A stretch of 64,000 nucleotides of DNA. It comes from Torpedo marmorata (Eukaryota). The notes under the pieces were generated by a model, which saw nothing but the letters and a program-made list of their open reading frames with translations, searched no databases and was not told where the DNA came from. The position numbers and the translations under genes are program-made. The DNA lies in assembly GCA_977017645.1 (NCBI GenBank), contig OZ360220.1, positions 191,766,001 to 191,830,000 on the forward strand, written 5' to 3'. This document shows positions 1-12,700 of this stretch, in pieces; within the stretch, counting starts at the first letter, position 1, and every line of letters starts with the position of its first letter.

Positions 1-607
1 TCTACATGGTTTTGTCCAAAAGTTTATGATTTTTGGTTGAAAGTTAAAAAATTTTTAGATAAAGTATTAGGAACTACACTTCCAATGGATCCGATGATAT
101 TTTTGTTTGGAGATATTGAAGGAACCAGTGTTGGAGTGAAATTGAATATGTACCAGACGGAGTTTTTGCGTGTTGCTTTGGCCGTTTCTAAGAAATGTAT
201 TGCCACTACATGGAAGTCGGATGTAGATTTGGGGATGGAAAGATGGCACGCAGAATTGCGTTCTTGCATACCACTCGAAAAAATTACATATAATTTACGT
301 GATAAGTATCATTTCTTTTTGGAAGTATGGAGCCCATATATAAAAATTGTGGGTTTAAGGATTTGAAGATCTCTGGACATCGGGTCTGGCTGGCGAGCCT
401 ATCCTCCACAATAAGATCAGTTTATAGTTGTTCTTTTTAGATTGACATTCTCCTTACTCTATCCTTTTCTTCTTCTTTCTTTCTTTTCGGGAGGGTTAGG
501 GAGGGGAGGGTGGGGGTGAAAATGTATCACATGTAATTTGAGAAATTTGCGTTTTAAACTGTGTATTGTGTGATTTAAAAGTTTTAAATAAAATATTAAA
601 AAAAAAG
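1..607 (+). mobile_element. L1-clade LINE 3' end (ORF2 C-terminus, 3'UTR, poly(A))
   Basis: ORF 37-366 (..LAVSKKCIATTWKS..PLEKITYNLR..W.PY) matches the ORF2 end of the L1 copy at 50450-50770; G-rich 3'UTR, then AATAAA and an A-run ending ~607. Confidence 0.85.
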
Positions 608-968
608 GACATCTTTAAGAGGTGGTGCCTCAAGAAATCAGCCTCTATCATTAAGGCTCCTCACCACCCAGGCCATGCCCTCTTCTCACTGCTCCCATCA
701 GGAAGGAGGCAAAGGAGCCTGAAGACGAATACCCAAAGTTACAAAAACAGCTTCTTCCCCTCCTCCATCAGATTTCTGAATGCACAATGAACCACAGACA
801 TTATCTCACTTTTTTATCTTCTTTTGCAATAATTATTTATTTTTAAATAGTGTATTTATGGGAATGTAATTTATAGCAATTTTTGCACCTGTAATGCACA
901 ATACTGCTGCTGCAAAACAACAAATTTTGTGGCATATGTTCATGTCAATAAACCTGATTCTGATTATG
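608..968 (+). mobile_element. Rex1/Babar LINE 3' fragment
   Basis: Encodes CLKKSASIIKAPHHPGHALFSLLPSGRR..SFFPSSIRFLN, as in other Rex1 copies here; ends in caataaa plus (ctgatt)n tail. Confidence 0.8.
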
Positions 969-1589
969 ATGATCCAGAAGGTGGTGTGAGGGGATCTCTG
1001 AGAGATGCCAGTGGCCTCTGTGAGATAGAGGTCAGTTTGCCTACCACAGTTTGACATTATCCTTGCTGGTAAGTTAGATGTTGACATTGGGCTTAGTTCT
1101 TAGTGAACAGGGAGTTGCAAACTAGAAGTTCGGGGGTGGGGATTGCTTAGTGTGAGTAAGAAAAACAGGAAAATCAAGGTGGTCAGTGACCTGTCAGCAG
1201 GTTAGCAATGAATAGGTTTTGAGAGAGTAAGACTAGAGGGAGATGGATTGGTAATTCTGGATACTAGAGTCTGGGTGAAGAGTCCCGGTTAAAGAAATGG
1301 TCACAGACTGAGGAAGAGGCAGCAGAAGAGTTCAGTGCCAGAATTAATGAAGATGAGACTTCTTAGGACTATTTGTTTGGGATCTGAGAGGGAAAGAACA
1401 GAAGAGGGAGTAAAAAGGCAGGCAGTGGGATGGGGAGAGATGAGGTGAGAGGTAAACAAAGGGGGAGAAAGAACAGGAGAGGTATTCGAATTCAAGACTT
1501 TTTCAAGAAGGAGAAAGGTAATCAGACTGCGCCAGATTTTAAACCAGGTCGCTGGCGCTATAACACCCTTTTGCCTGAAGGTAGTAGCA

Positions 1590-2060
1590 AGAAGAAAGCA
1601 TGGGCAGTGTAACAGGGTATTTTATGATGTTGGCTGCCTTCTTGAGACAGCACCTCACACATATGGCTTCAGTGGATGGGAAATCGGTGACTGTAATGGA
1701 CCTAACTATGTCTGCCACCTTCTGCAGCTTCCTGTGTTTCTGGGCATTCAAACCATGATGGAACCATCAGTATATTTTCAACTTTCCACCTATACAAATT
1801 CGATAGAGTATTCAATGACATGCAGAAGCCCCTCAGACTCCTTAGAAAGTAGAGGTGTTGGTGTAGCTTCATGGTTACTGTGATGTGCTTGCCCCAGGAG
1901 AGGTCTTCCAATATGTGGGTACACAGGAACTTGAAGCTACTGCCATCCTGTCAATCCAGACAGGTGCATGGTCCCTTTGCTGCACCTTCCTAAAGCCAAC
2001 AGTCAGCTCCTTGGTCTTGCTAACGGTGGAAGCAAGACATGTTCTGGCACCACACAACCA
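1590..2060 (-). mobile_element. Old degenerate Rex1/Babar LINE fragment
   Basis: Broken minus-strand frames VSKTKELTVGFR, EDLSW..HLYFLRSL, CLKKAANIIK; boundaries approximate. Confidence 0.7.
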
Positions 2061-2624
2061 GATTCTTGATCTTCATCCATTCTGGGTGCAACATTCCATC
2101 GATGTAGTACAAGAGCCTACCAGTTAGCCAGAGATATGGACAACATCATCTAGACACAGTGGTGACTTGGAATTTGGTTAAATAAATAAATTTGAATAAA
2201 AAGCTGGTTCGTTAATCTCTTTCAGGGAAAAAATGCTGCAGTCATTAAATAATCCAATTTTTTCCAGAACTCACATCATCTGTGACTTTTAACTGAAAAG
2301 CTTGACTGATAAGTAATAAATTCTGGACTTTCTAGTGATATCACAGGATATGGGCAAAAAAAAAGAATTGGAATATCAAAGGGCAAAACCACTTTTATTT
2401 CCAAGTTGGATTAACTTCTGTTGAGAAACTGAAAAGAAAGTTACACCCAGCATGTCTTCAGAATTTTCTGTGGTCCAGTCAAAAAGCTGTTTTGAAAACA
2501 ATATATAAAATTGCATACTCATACAGGCAGGTGTCAGCCTTACACACCTTTTACAGTTTCGAATTTTTGTGTTGTTAACTCTCTATTTTTTCCTCTATTA
2601 AATATGCTGATCTTTTTTTTTCAG

Positions 2625-2685
2625 GCTTCTGGAGACAACATATACTTATGACTTCCCACCACCTTATCATTATACTCCAAGTTCT
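2625..2685 (+). CDS. CFAP95: Penultimate coding exon of CFAP95/C9orf135-like ciliary protein
   Basis: Acceptor tttttttttcag (AG 2623-2624), donor gtaagt at 2686; 1 nt + 20 codons LLETTYTYDFPPPYHYTPSS, like recalled human C9orf135 ..LTTYSEDYVPPYDYQP..; phase-0 end fits the exon at 37396. Confidence 0.8.
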
Positions 2686-3798
2686 GTAAGTTTGAAGCAA
2701 CTTCTGCAAACATTATTTCTCAAATTAATAACTTTTTTTTAAATGAAGTGGGTTTGCTAAGTAGAGGAATTTATTTTTTCCATATGTCACCCTGATGGTT
2801 ATCTTGGCATTTGCTTGAACTACTATGCTTAATAGCTAGCAGAAACTGGCCACCATCAACATCAGACCACTATGACACAAATGATTAGGCTCCTCTGTAA
2901 TCTTTTCCATCTCAGCATTGCCAAATGGGATTTTTGTGCTTAAAGGCCATTACATTTCTTTGAATCTCGTTAATCTTACCATGTCAGTGCTGATTTGGAT
3001 AGACAGGTTTTTTTAATCCACGTAAAATTACAGATCCTCACAATTTTATTTCTTCTCCTTGTAAATATAAAGCCTCCTGGATGACATAGCTGTTAACTAT
3101 CTCATGACAATCAATGAAACTTTGTAAGGGCATTTGTTGGAGTTGTTGGACAAGGACCTGAACCTGTATTGACAGCTGTGACTTGGAAGGAAGCACCTTC
3201 TCCTTCAAAGCAGAATGTTCACAGGCTCAAGACCCATGCAAGAATACAATGCCATATGGGCCTCCTGTCACAGTAGGGAACCAAGGCTAAGTTTTTGAAA
3301 GTGTATTCTTTTTGACAAGATATTTAATTTGAGATCCCACCTGGATGTAAATGATCCCACAACTGTATTTTTTTAATAAAAGGGGAGTGTTCTTTCATGT
3401 CTGAGTGAAGTGACCGGTCCCAGCCTTGGTTTCTGTCCTGCAGAACCTTCTGCTATCTTCAATGTCCCTCGGATTGCTTCCCCAATTTATTTCCTTGCCC
3501 TCTTGGCACTTGGAACTCTAACTAAATGCTCCTGGTAGACAAAGAAAAATATTCAACTGTTGTGGACTCATCTTCGCCTAAGCAATTTCTTGAGATCAAG
3601 GATAACTTGCTCCCACTCCAGCATTGTGATGAGTGGATTGTTTCTGTGAGACAGCTGCGGACACCAGCAGTCATGGCAGAGCAAGGTTTAGGCCCAATGG
3701 CAAGGCATTGCAAGGCAAGACAATCAAAGACTCCTCTATCAGACAGACTAAATGCATACAAATATGTGGACATATACAAACCCGCAGACACCAAGAAA

Positions 3799-3850
3799 TA
3801 GAGAGAGAGAGAGAGAGGGGGGGGAGAGGGGGGGGAGAGAGAGAGAGAGA
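3799..3850. repeat. (GA)n/G-rich microsatellite
   Basis: Direct reading. Confidence 0.9.
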
Positions 3851-4177
3851 CTAATTGTCACAGTACACATTCTTGCTATATCTCAGACTGTTTGATTCAA
3901 GAAGAGTTGTTTTTTTTTCCTACAGCTATCAGGCTCTTAAACCTTTCATTCCACCCTAACCCTAAACTACTCCAGGACCACCATGAGATCTGTCTGCACA
4001 ATTGGAATATTTCTTTTTCTGTGCACTACTGCAACCACAATTATTTATACATCCTTTTATATTTATTATTTCTTTTTCTGTCTCATGGCATATTGTGGTA
4101 ATTTAATCTATATCTTTGTTGTTGGTGTATCTTACATACTTGTGTGGATACAGCAACTAAGAATTTCAATGCATCTG

Positions 4178-7100
4178 TGATGAGCCCATCAACAACTCCA
4201 AAAAGACTAGAAGTTATACAAGAACTGAAAGGCTTTTATTAGCAAAATAATGGAGCTGCATTCGTGCTGATGATCTGTCCCGGACTGGGGGAGGAGCCGT
4301 GGCACAATGGCCTTTATTCAAGGGGGTTTGTGGGAGGAGCCGCCGGGACAGTCAGCAGGGCATGTCCAGACCTATCGCCTAGCCCACAATACATATACAG
4401 TGGTTTACCACATTCACCCCTCCTTTTAAAAGAGTCCAGCGGGGTGAAGTGTATAATAACAATAACATTAACATAAACATTAACATTAAAGATCAAGTCG
4501 ATCAGGAGATCGAGTCTGCCGTTGTGATCGGCGCAGTACTTGTGGTGATGGGGCAGGTGGCGGGGATACCTCCTGCCTGATCTGGGGTACTGCAGGTGGC
4601 GGAGCTACTTCCTGCCTGATCTGGGGTACTGCCACGTCTGGTGATCGAGAAAATGCTGATGAGTGTGGTGTCGTGCTGGAATTGAGTGGTGCCTCTTGTG
4701 TTTCCTCAATGGTAGGCAAGGGGGTAACCGTAACAAGGGGGTGTTCGAGGGCAGGTTCCAGTGCTCCTGCGGGAGCCAGGTCCCGGATGGAGACGGTGTC
4801 TTCCCGCCCATCAGGAAAAACCACGTAGGCGTACTGGGGGTTTGCATGTGATAATTGGACCCTCTCGACCATTGGGGCGTATTTGGGGCTCCTGACATGT
4901 TTGCGGAGCAGCACTGGCCCTGGGGACGTCAGCCATGCTGGTAGGGTAGTCCCGGTGGTCGACTTCCTAGGGAAAGAAAAGAGTCTCTAATGAGGTGTAG
5001 CATTGGTGGATGTACATAGCAGGGATCGGATAGAGTGGAGTGCCTCAGGAAGGACTTCTTGCCAGCGGGAGACTGGTAATCCCTTAGACCTGAGGGCTAA
5101 GAGTGTGGCCTTCCAGACCGTGGCATTCTCCCTTTCTACTTGTCCGTTACCCCGTGGATTATAGCTCGTGGTCCTGCTAGTGGCGATACCCTTGGCCAGC
5201 AGATATTGTCGCAGCTCGACACTCATAAATGAGGACCCCCGGTCGCTATGGATATAGCAGGGGAATCCAAACAACGTGAAGAGTTTGCGGAAAGCCTTTA
5301 TGACTGAGGTGGCCGAGGTATCGGGGCAGAGAATGGCGAAAGGGAACCGCGAGTACTCATCAATAACGTTGAGGAAGTACACGTTGCGGTCGGTGGAGGG
5401 GAGGGGACCCTTAAAGTCGACGCTGAGTCGCTCAAAAGGGCGGGTCGCTTTAATTAACTGTGCCCTGTCAGGGCGGTAGAAGTGCGGTTTGCACTCTGCG
5501 CAGACTTGGCAGCCACTGGTCATCGTCCTGACCTCTTCCAGGGAGTACGGTAGATTACGGGCTTTCACAAAGTGAAAAAGCCTGATGACTCCGGGGTGGC
5601 AGAGGTCACAGTGGAGGGCATATAACCGGTCGATCTGTGCGCTAGCACATGTCCCCCGGGATAGAGCGTCGGAGGGCTCATTTAGCTTCCCGGGCCGGTA
5701 CATAATATCATAGTTATAGGTGGAGAGTTCGTTTCTCCACCTCAGGATTTTATCATTTTTGATTTTACCCCGCTGTTGGTTGCTGAACATGAAGGCGACT
5801 GAGCGATGGTCAGTCAGCAGGGTAAACCTTTTCCCGGCGAGATAGTGCCTCCAGTGCCTGATAGCTTCAACTATGGCTTGGGCCTCTTTCTCCACCGCTG
5901 AGTGCCGAATTTCTGGGCCTTGAAGGGTACGGGAGAAGAACGCCACCGGTCTTCCCGCCTGGTTGAGGGTAGCAGCCAGTGCGAAGTCGGACGCGTCGCT
6001 CTCTACTTGAAAGGGAGTGGACTCGTCCACCGCATGCATTGCTGCTCTGGCAATGTCCCCTTTTATGAGGCTGAAAGCCTCACGTGCCTCCGTTGCAAGG
6101 GGAAAAGTGGTGGACTTGACTAGGGGGCGGGCCTTGTCTGCATAATTAGGGACCCATTGAGCATAGTACGAAAAGAAGCCCAAGCACCTTTTGAGGGCTT
6201 TGAGGGTGTGGGGAAGCGGTAGTTCCAACAGCATGCGGTCGGGGTCGGGGCCGATGACCCCGTTCTCCACAACACACCCCAGGATAGCGAGTCGGGTGGT
6301 TCCGAACACGCACTTGTCCTTGTTATAAGTAAGATTGAGCGCTTTGGCCGCCTGGAGGAACCTCCGAAGGTTGTTGTCGTGGTCCTGGTGGTCGTGACCG
6401 CAGATGGTTATATTATCTAAGTACGGGAAAGGGGCCTTTAAATTGCATTGGTCCACCATCCTGTCCATCTCGCTCTGGAAGACGGATACCCCATTTGTGA
6501 CCCCAAAGGGGACGCGCAGGAAATGATAGAGTCTGCCGTCCGCCTCGAAGGCGGTGTAAGCGCGGTCCTCCTGGTGAATGGGGAGCTGGTGGTAGGCAGA
6601 TTTGAGGTCTATGGTGGAGAAAAGCTTATATTGGGCTATCTGATTTACCATATCTGCAATGCGTGGTAGGGGGTACGCGTCAAGCTGCGTGAACCTATTG
6701 ATGGTCTGACTATAATCTACCACCATCCTGTTTTTGTTCCTGTTCTTGACGACAACCACCTGGGCCCTCCAGGGACTTGTGCTCGCCTCGATGATCCCTT
6801 CCCCAAGTAATCGCCTCACCTCTGACTTAATGAATGCCCTGTCCCCTGCGCTATATCTCCTGCTTTTGGTTGCCACAGGTTTACAATCAGGGGTCAGGTT
6901 GGCGAATAGCGATGGGGGCGAGATCTTGAGGGTGGATAGACCGCAAGTAGTATGGGGTGTGTTTTTAAGGAATTGGTGATTAACAACAGTAATCGGTGGG
7001 AGGGGCCCGTCATATTCCATAGTAACACTTTTGAGGTGACTCTGGAAGTCGAGTCCTAGTAGTACAGGTGCACACAGTCGGGGCATGACCATAGCGTGAA

Positions 7101-8572
7101 GTCCCGGTATTCCGTGCCCTGTACCACTAGCGTCGCTACACAACACCCCCGGATGTCTGTTGTGTGCGACCCGGAAGCCATGGCAACCCTCTGGCTTACC
7201 GGCTGTGTCGTGAGACCACATCGCTGTACCGTGTCAGGGTGGATGAAGCTTTCTGTGCTGCCTGTGTCGAACAGGCAGTTTGTCCTGTGTCCCTCGACCA
7301 GAATGTCCATCATTGACCTCGAATGTTGATGGGGTGCACTCTGGTCGAGTGTCACTGACGCCAAAGTTGGGTCGCTGTCGTGCTCCGACGTCGCGATGGA
7401 GTGCCTGTTGTCCTGGGATTGCGGCACCCTGTGTCGGCTCGCCGGCGTGGAACAAAATGGCCGCTCCCATGATTCGTACGTGTTGGCGGCGGGTAGATAA
7501 GATGGCGGCGCCGGAAGTGACGACACACAAGATGACCGCCCCCGAGTCTCGCACGCGGCGCTGCTCGAACCCGCTCGCGGCTTTGATCGGCAGACCTTAG
7601 CGAAGTGGCCTTTCTTTCCGCAGCTGGAGCAGGTCGCTTCGCGGGCCGGGCAACGTTTTCGGGGGTGCTTCTCAAGCCCGCAGAAATAGCATTTCTCGGG
7701 CTTGCGGCTGATGGCGGCAGTGGTCGATTCACTAGCATAGTGGGGGGTCGGTGGCATCCACGGAGCCTGCTGGAGATCGCGCGCTTGGATAGCGTCCGAG
7801 TTCTGTAGCGCGGCCTCCAGCGTGTCGGCCAGTTCGATCGCGGAATGGAAGGTGAGGTCAGCTTGTTCCAGCAGCCGCTGGCGCACATACACTGACCTGA
7901 TCCCTGTGACAAAAGCGTCTCTCCCTAGGAGCTCAGCGTGCTGTTCAGCCGTCAGTCCCCGGCAGTCGCACGCCCGCACGAGTGTTTGTATGGCCCGTAC
8001 GAACTCCGCGTTCGACTCCCCGGGCCGCTGCTGCCGCGTCGCTAGCCTGTGCCTCGCGTATACGGAATTCACAGGCCGTATGTACTGTCTTTTGAGGGTA
8101 TTCATCGCCTCCTCATAAGTCTGCAGATCGCGGATCATCGAGTAAACTCGTGGGCTTACCCTAGAGAGGAGGACCTTGCGTTTTTCGGCATCTTCTTGCA
8201 CTCTGATCTCCTCTAGGAACGATTCAAAGCAGACTAGCCAGAGTTCGAAGGCATTGCCGGCATCCGGTGCTTGTGGGTCGATGTCCAGTTTGTCTGGCCT
8301 CAAGATGTTCTCCATGTTTACACTTTTGCTAATAAAATTGATGTGCCCATCAATAACTCCAAAAGACTAGAAGTTATACAAGAACTGAAAGGCTTTTATT
8401 AGCAAAATAATGGAGCTGCATTCGTGCTGATGATCTGTCCCGGACTGGGGGAGGAGCCGTAGCACAATGGCCTTTATTCAAGGGGGTTTGTGGGAGGAGC
8501 CACCGGGACAGTCAGCAGGGCATGTCCAGACCTATCGCCTAGCCCACAATACATATACAGTGGTTTACCACA
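4178..8572 (-). mobile_element. Ty3/Gypsy LTR retrotransposon A (Mag-like gag), full-length, disrupted
   Basis: LTRs 4178-4412 and 8339-8572 (TG..CA, ~5 differences); TSD ATCTG (4173-4177, 8573-8577); PPT next to the 3' LTR; gag-PR-RT-RH-IN order. Clade label inferred from the CxxC..H..CPA..CxxCGKKGH..C knuckle. Confidence 0.95.
4486..8315 (-). pseudogene. Gypsy A gag-pol, frameshift near 7090 and premature stop at 4987-4989
   Basis: ORFs 7056-8315 (gag, PR FDTGS), 4987-7221 (RT YLDN, RH ESDASD, IN HHCC/DDE) and 4486-4914 (IN C-terminus) are collinear with the intact ORFs of B and D. Confidence 0.92.
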
Positions 8573-8914
8573 ATCTGTACATCGTACTTTACATCTATGG
8601 CAATAAACTCTCATACTCATTCCTTGGACCCATTTCCTTTCCCCCCTCCCCAAGCTAATCCTTCAATTCCCTTAATCTTCCCTCCCTTCATCTTCCTCCT
8701 TAACCCTCTCTCACCTTCCTCCTTTATCCCCCACCCCCTTAGACCTCACTCTTCAAACCCTGTTTCCCTTAGCCCCCCTCTCAGACCCTCCAACCCCACT
8801 TCACTCTCCAACATATTCTCTGATTACTCACACTGCCCTTTGCTCAGCCCTTCCATCTCTCTTTGCTGATCTCTGTCCCTCTGATCCCTCACAATGTCCT
8901 TCATTCAGTTCCCC

Positions 8915-9022
8915 TCAGGCTCACAGCCCGAAACGTCGGTTATGTATTTTTACCTTTGCTATGTAAAGGACACTGTTTGACCTGCTGAGTTTCTCCAGCA
9001 TTTTGTGTTTTTACCACTCCAC
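8915..9022 (+). mobile_element. Penelope-type terminal repeat fragment
   Basis: gcccgaaacgtcggttatgtat..gacctgctgagtttctccagca, near-identical to 19190-19280. Confidence 0.65.
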
Positions 9023-9551
9023 ATCAGACCGCTTTTGCTCTCCCCTCAGTCTCCTCAAATTGTCCTTTGCTCACCACTTCCCTCTCAAACCTCACCAAAG
9101 TAAACACAATAATATTTGCAAATGTCACAAGACCAGAATATCACCTGATTGGAAGCTGGTTCAGGATAGGAAGAGGAAGAGGCCACAGCAACACCTCCTC
9201 CATCATGCAGTTAGATCCTGGCTAATTCTATCTCCCTGCCTTAGGTCTGTGACTTCTAATTTCCTTTGGCTGATTATAATGCAATTGACAGCAAGTGGGA
9301 GAGTCTGGGGGAGCTGATGGACTCCATCCGTTCCTTTGGGGTGAGTAAAACTCCCAGAAGGGACGGTTTACCGGCTGAGTTGTACACGGCTCTGTGGGAC
9401 TGGGTGGGCCCGGAGCTGCTGGAAGTATACAACGCCATGCTCTTGGCAGGAAGCATGCCAGACTCCATGAAGAAGGGCATCATTACCCTCATCTTCAAAC
9501 AGAAGGGGGAGAAGGAGGGTATCAGGAATCGGAGTTCCATATCAATTTAAA

Positions 9552-9709
9552 ATTCAACATTCTTTTATTATCATGTAATAAAACAAAATAAGTAATATTA
9601 CATGAAATTTCCTTTAGTGTACCGTAAGGCAGACAAAGATTTGCCATCAGCAGAAATTGCTCGGCGCCCCATACAGTCAGAGAAAGAGAAGCAAAAGAGA
9701 GTACGCCCA
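9552..9709 (-). mobile_element. 3' piece of a non-autonomous LINE-tailed element (continues ~14300-14320)
   Basis: Similar to 33940-34089 and 34195-34232 (catgaaattt..aaggcagaca..gcagaaattgc..tacagtcagagaaagagaagca..cagagtcac.gagtgtccat); it hosts Gypsy B. Confidence 0.65.
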
Positions 9710-12700
9710 TGATATGCCTATCAATTAGCACTCAAGAGACTATGAGAGGGTTAACGAACCATAGGCTTTAATACACATAAAACAGACCAACAGTAGACCT
9801 GCAGATCTCGACCGGACTGTGGGCGGAGCAGTGGCACACAGGCCTTTATTCAGTTGAGAAAAGGGGAGGGATTACCTGGACACCCAAAGGAGGGGAGAGG
9901 AGTCGCCGGGACAGACAGCAGTACATACAATACACAAACAGTGGTTTACCACATTCACCCCTCCTTTTAAGAGTCCAGCGGGGTGAAGTGGCCACAATAC
10001 AATCGCTACAGGAATTCAAAATATTTACAGTCATAATCTACAGGTCAAGGCGATCCGGTGGTTTGGCTCGCCTTTGTGACCTGCGCAGTACCCTGGGTGC
10101 GGGTTGTGGTGCACGGGGTACCCTGGGTGCGGGTTGTGGTGCAGGGGAAGATGGCAAGGCCGTCGCCTCCTCCTGTGGTGCTGGGTGAGATGGCAGGATT
10201 GTGGGTTCCATCGAGGGTGCCTGGTCTGACGTTGTAGAAGAGGGAATAGGGAGAGGCCGCAGCGAGTGGTCTTGCCCGTCGAGAGGTTCCTCCGGCGCTC
10301 CCGCGGGCGCCAGGTCCCGAATTGAGACCGTGTCCTCTCTCCCATCCGGGAAGACCACGTAGGCGTACTGCGGGTTAGCGTGCGCTAACTGCACCCTCTG
10401 GACCGCGGGCTCATATTTGCTGCTCCGGAGGTGGTTGCGGAGCAGCACCGGCCCCGGAGACGTCAGCCAGGCAGGCAGGGCGGTTCCGGTGTTCGACCTC
10501 CTGGAGAAGGAGAAAAATCTCTCATGGGGCATTACATTGGTGGCTGTGCACAGTAAGGACCGTATCGAATGGAGGGCTTCGGGGAGAACATCTTGCCAGC
10601 GGGAAACCGGCAGTCCCCTGGACTTGAGAGCCAGGAGCGCCGCCTTCCAGACAGTGGCGTTCTCCCTTTCCACCTGTCCATTACCTCGGGGGTTGTATGC
10701 GGTGGTCCTACTAGTGGCGATGCCCCGGGTCAGCAGGAACTGGCGCAGCTCCTCACTCATAAAAGCTGATCCCCGGTCGCTATGAATGTAGTTCGGGAAG
10801 CCGAACAGCGTAAATACCTGGCGAAGAGCTTTTATGGTTGAGGCAGCCAAAGTGTCGGGGCAGGGAATGGCGAAGGGGAACCGCGAGTACTCGTCAATAA
10901 TGTTCAGAAAGTACACATTGCGGTTCGTGGAGGGAAGGGGCCCCTTGAAGTCAATGCTGAGACGTTCAAAGGGGCGAGTGGCTTTGATCAGCTGTGCCTT
11001 GTCGGGGCGGTAGAACTGGGGTTTGCACTCCGTGCAAACCCGGCAACTGCTGATCATTGTCCTGACCTCTTCCAGGGAGTATGGCAGGTTCTGTGACTTC
11101 ACGAAGTGAAAGAGCCTGGTAATTCCTGGGTGGCATAGGTCGTCATGTAGGGCGTGTAATCGGTCGACCTGCGCGCTGGCGCATGATCCCCGGGATAGAG
11201 CATCGGAGGGCTCATTGAGCTTCCCGGGCCGGTACATGATGTCATAATTGTAGGTGGAGAGCTCTATTCTCCACCTCATGATCTTGTCATTTTTGATCTT
11301 ACCCCGCTGCTGATTGTTGAACATGAATGCCACAGAGCGTTGATCTGTCAGCAGGGTAAAATGCTTACCGGCGAGATAGTGCCTCCAATGCCTGATGGCC
11401 TCCACTATGGCCTGGGCTTCCTTCTCCACCGCTGAGTGCCGAATTTCGGGGCCCTGAAGGGTTCGAGAGAAAAATGCCACCGGCCTTCCCGCCTGGTTGA
11501 GGGTAGCAGCCAGCGCGAAGTCCGATGCGTCACTCTCCACCTGGAAAGGTGTCTCCTCATCCACTGCGTGCATTGTTGCTCGCGCAATGTCCCCTTTTAT
11601 AAGGTCGAACGCCTTACGTGCCTCCGAAGCAAGGAGAAATGCAGTGGATTTCACAAGGGGTCGGGCCTTATCCGCGTAATTTGGGACCCATTGGGCATAA
11701 TAGGAAAAGAACCCGAGGCATCGTTTAAGGGCTCTGGGATTGGTGGGGAGCGGAAGTTCCAGCAGGGGCCGCATGCGTTCGGGGTCTGGTCCAATTACCC
11801 CGTTCTCGACCACATACCCCAAAATAGCGAGGCGAGTGGTACCAAACACGCATTTTTCTTTGTTATACGTGAGGTTTAGAGCTTTGGCCGCCTGCAGGAA
11901 CCTCCGGAGGTTGTTGTCATGGTCCTGACGATCATAACCACAGATGGTAATGTCATCAAGATATGGGAAAGTGGCTTTAAGTTTGTAATGGTCCACAATC
12001 CTGTCCATCTCCCGCTGAAAAACAGAAACACCATTAGTAACACCAAACGGAAGGCACAGGAATTGGAACAGCCTGCCATCTGCCTCGAACGCGGTGTATG
12101 AATGGTCCTCCCGACGGATAGGGAGCTGGTGATATGCCGATTTCAAGTCGATGGTGGAAAAGAGACGGTATTGGGCAATTTGGTTCACCATCTCCGCTAT
12201 CCGTGGTAGCGGGTATGCGTCTAGTAGCGTAAACCTGTTAATGGTTTGGCTGTAGTCCACCACCATTCTGCTCTTGACCCCTTTTACAACAACCACCTGG
12301 GCTCTCCAGGGACTATTACTCTTCTCTATAATCCCTTCCTGTAGCAATCTCTGTACCTCCATCTTGATAAATGCTCTGTCCTCGGCACTGTAACGCCTGC
12401 TTTTAGTTGCCACAGGCCTACAGTCCGGGGTCAGGTTCACAAACAACGACGGAGGCGAGATCTTAAGGGTGGAGAGACCACAGGTGGTTTCGGGCGTGCT
12501 ATCCAGGAACTGGTGGTTGGCTACAGTGATCGCGGGGAAAGGACCGTCATACTGCATTGTAACGCTCTGCCAATGGCTCTGAAAATCCAAACCCAGTAAC
12601 ACCGGCGCACACAAACGGTTCATGATAAACAAGGAAAATTGCCGGTACTCAGTCCCTTGTACCACAATGTTCGCCACACACGCCCCCCGGATGTCTGTTG

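Noticed and set aside
3522-3801. Short overlapping ORFs as extra CFAP95 exons
   Set aside because: No similarity to the expected protein; the two identified exons already join in frame and collinearly.
4413-4485. Possible env or extra ORF in the Gypsy elements
   Set aside because: Only ~70-100 nt separate the pol stop from the 3' LTR in all four copies.
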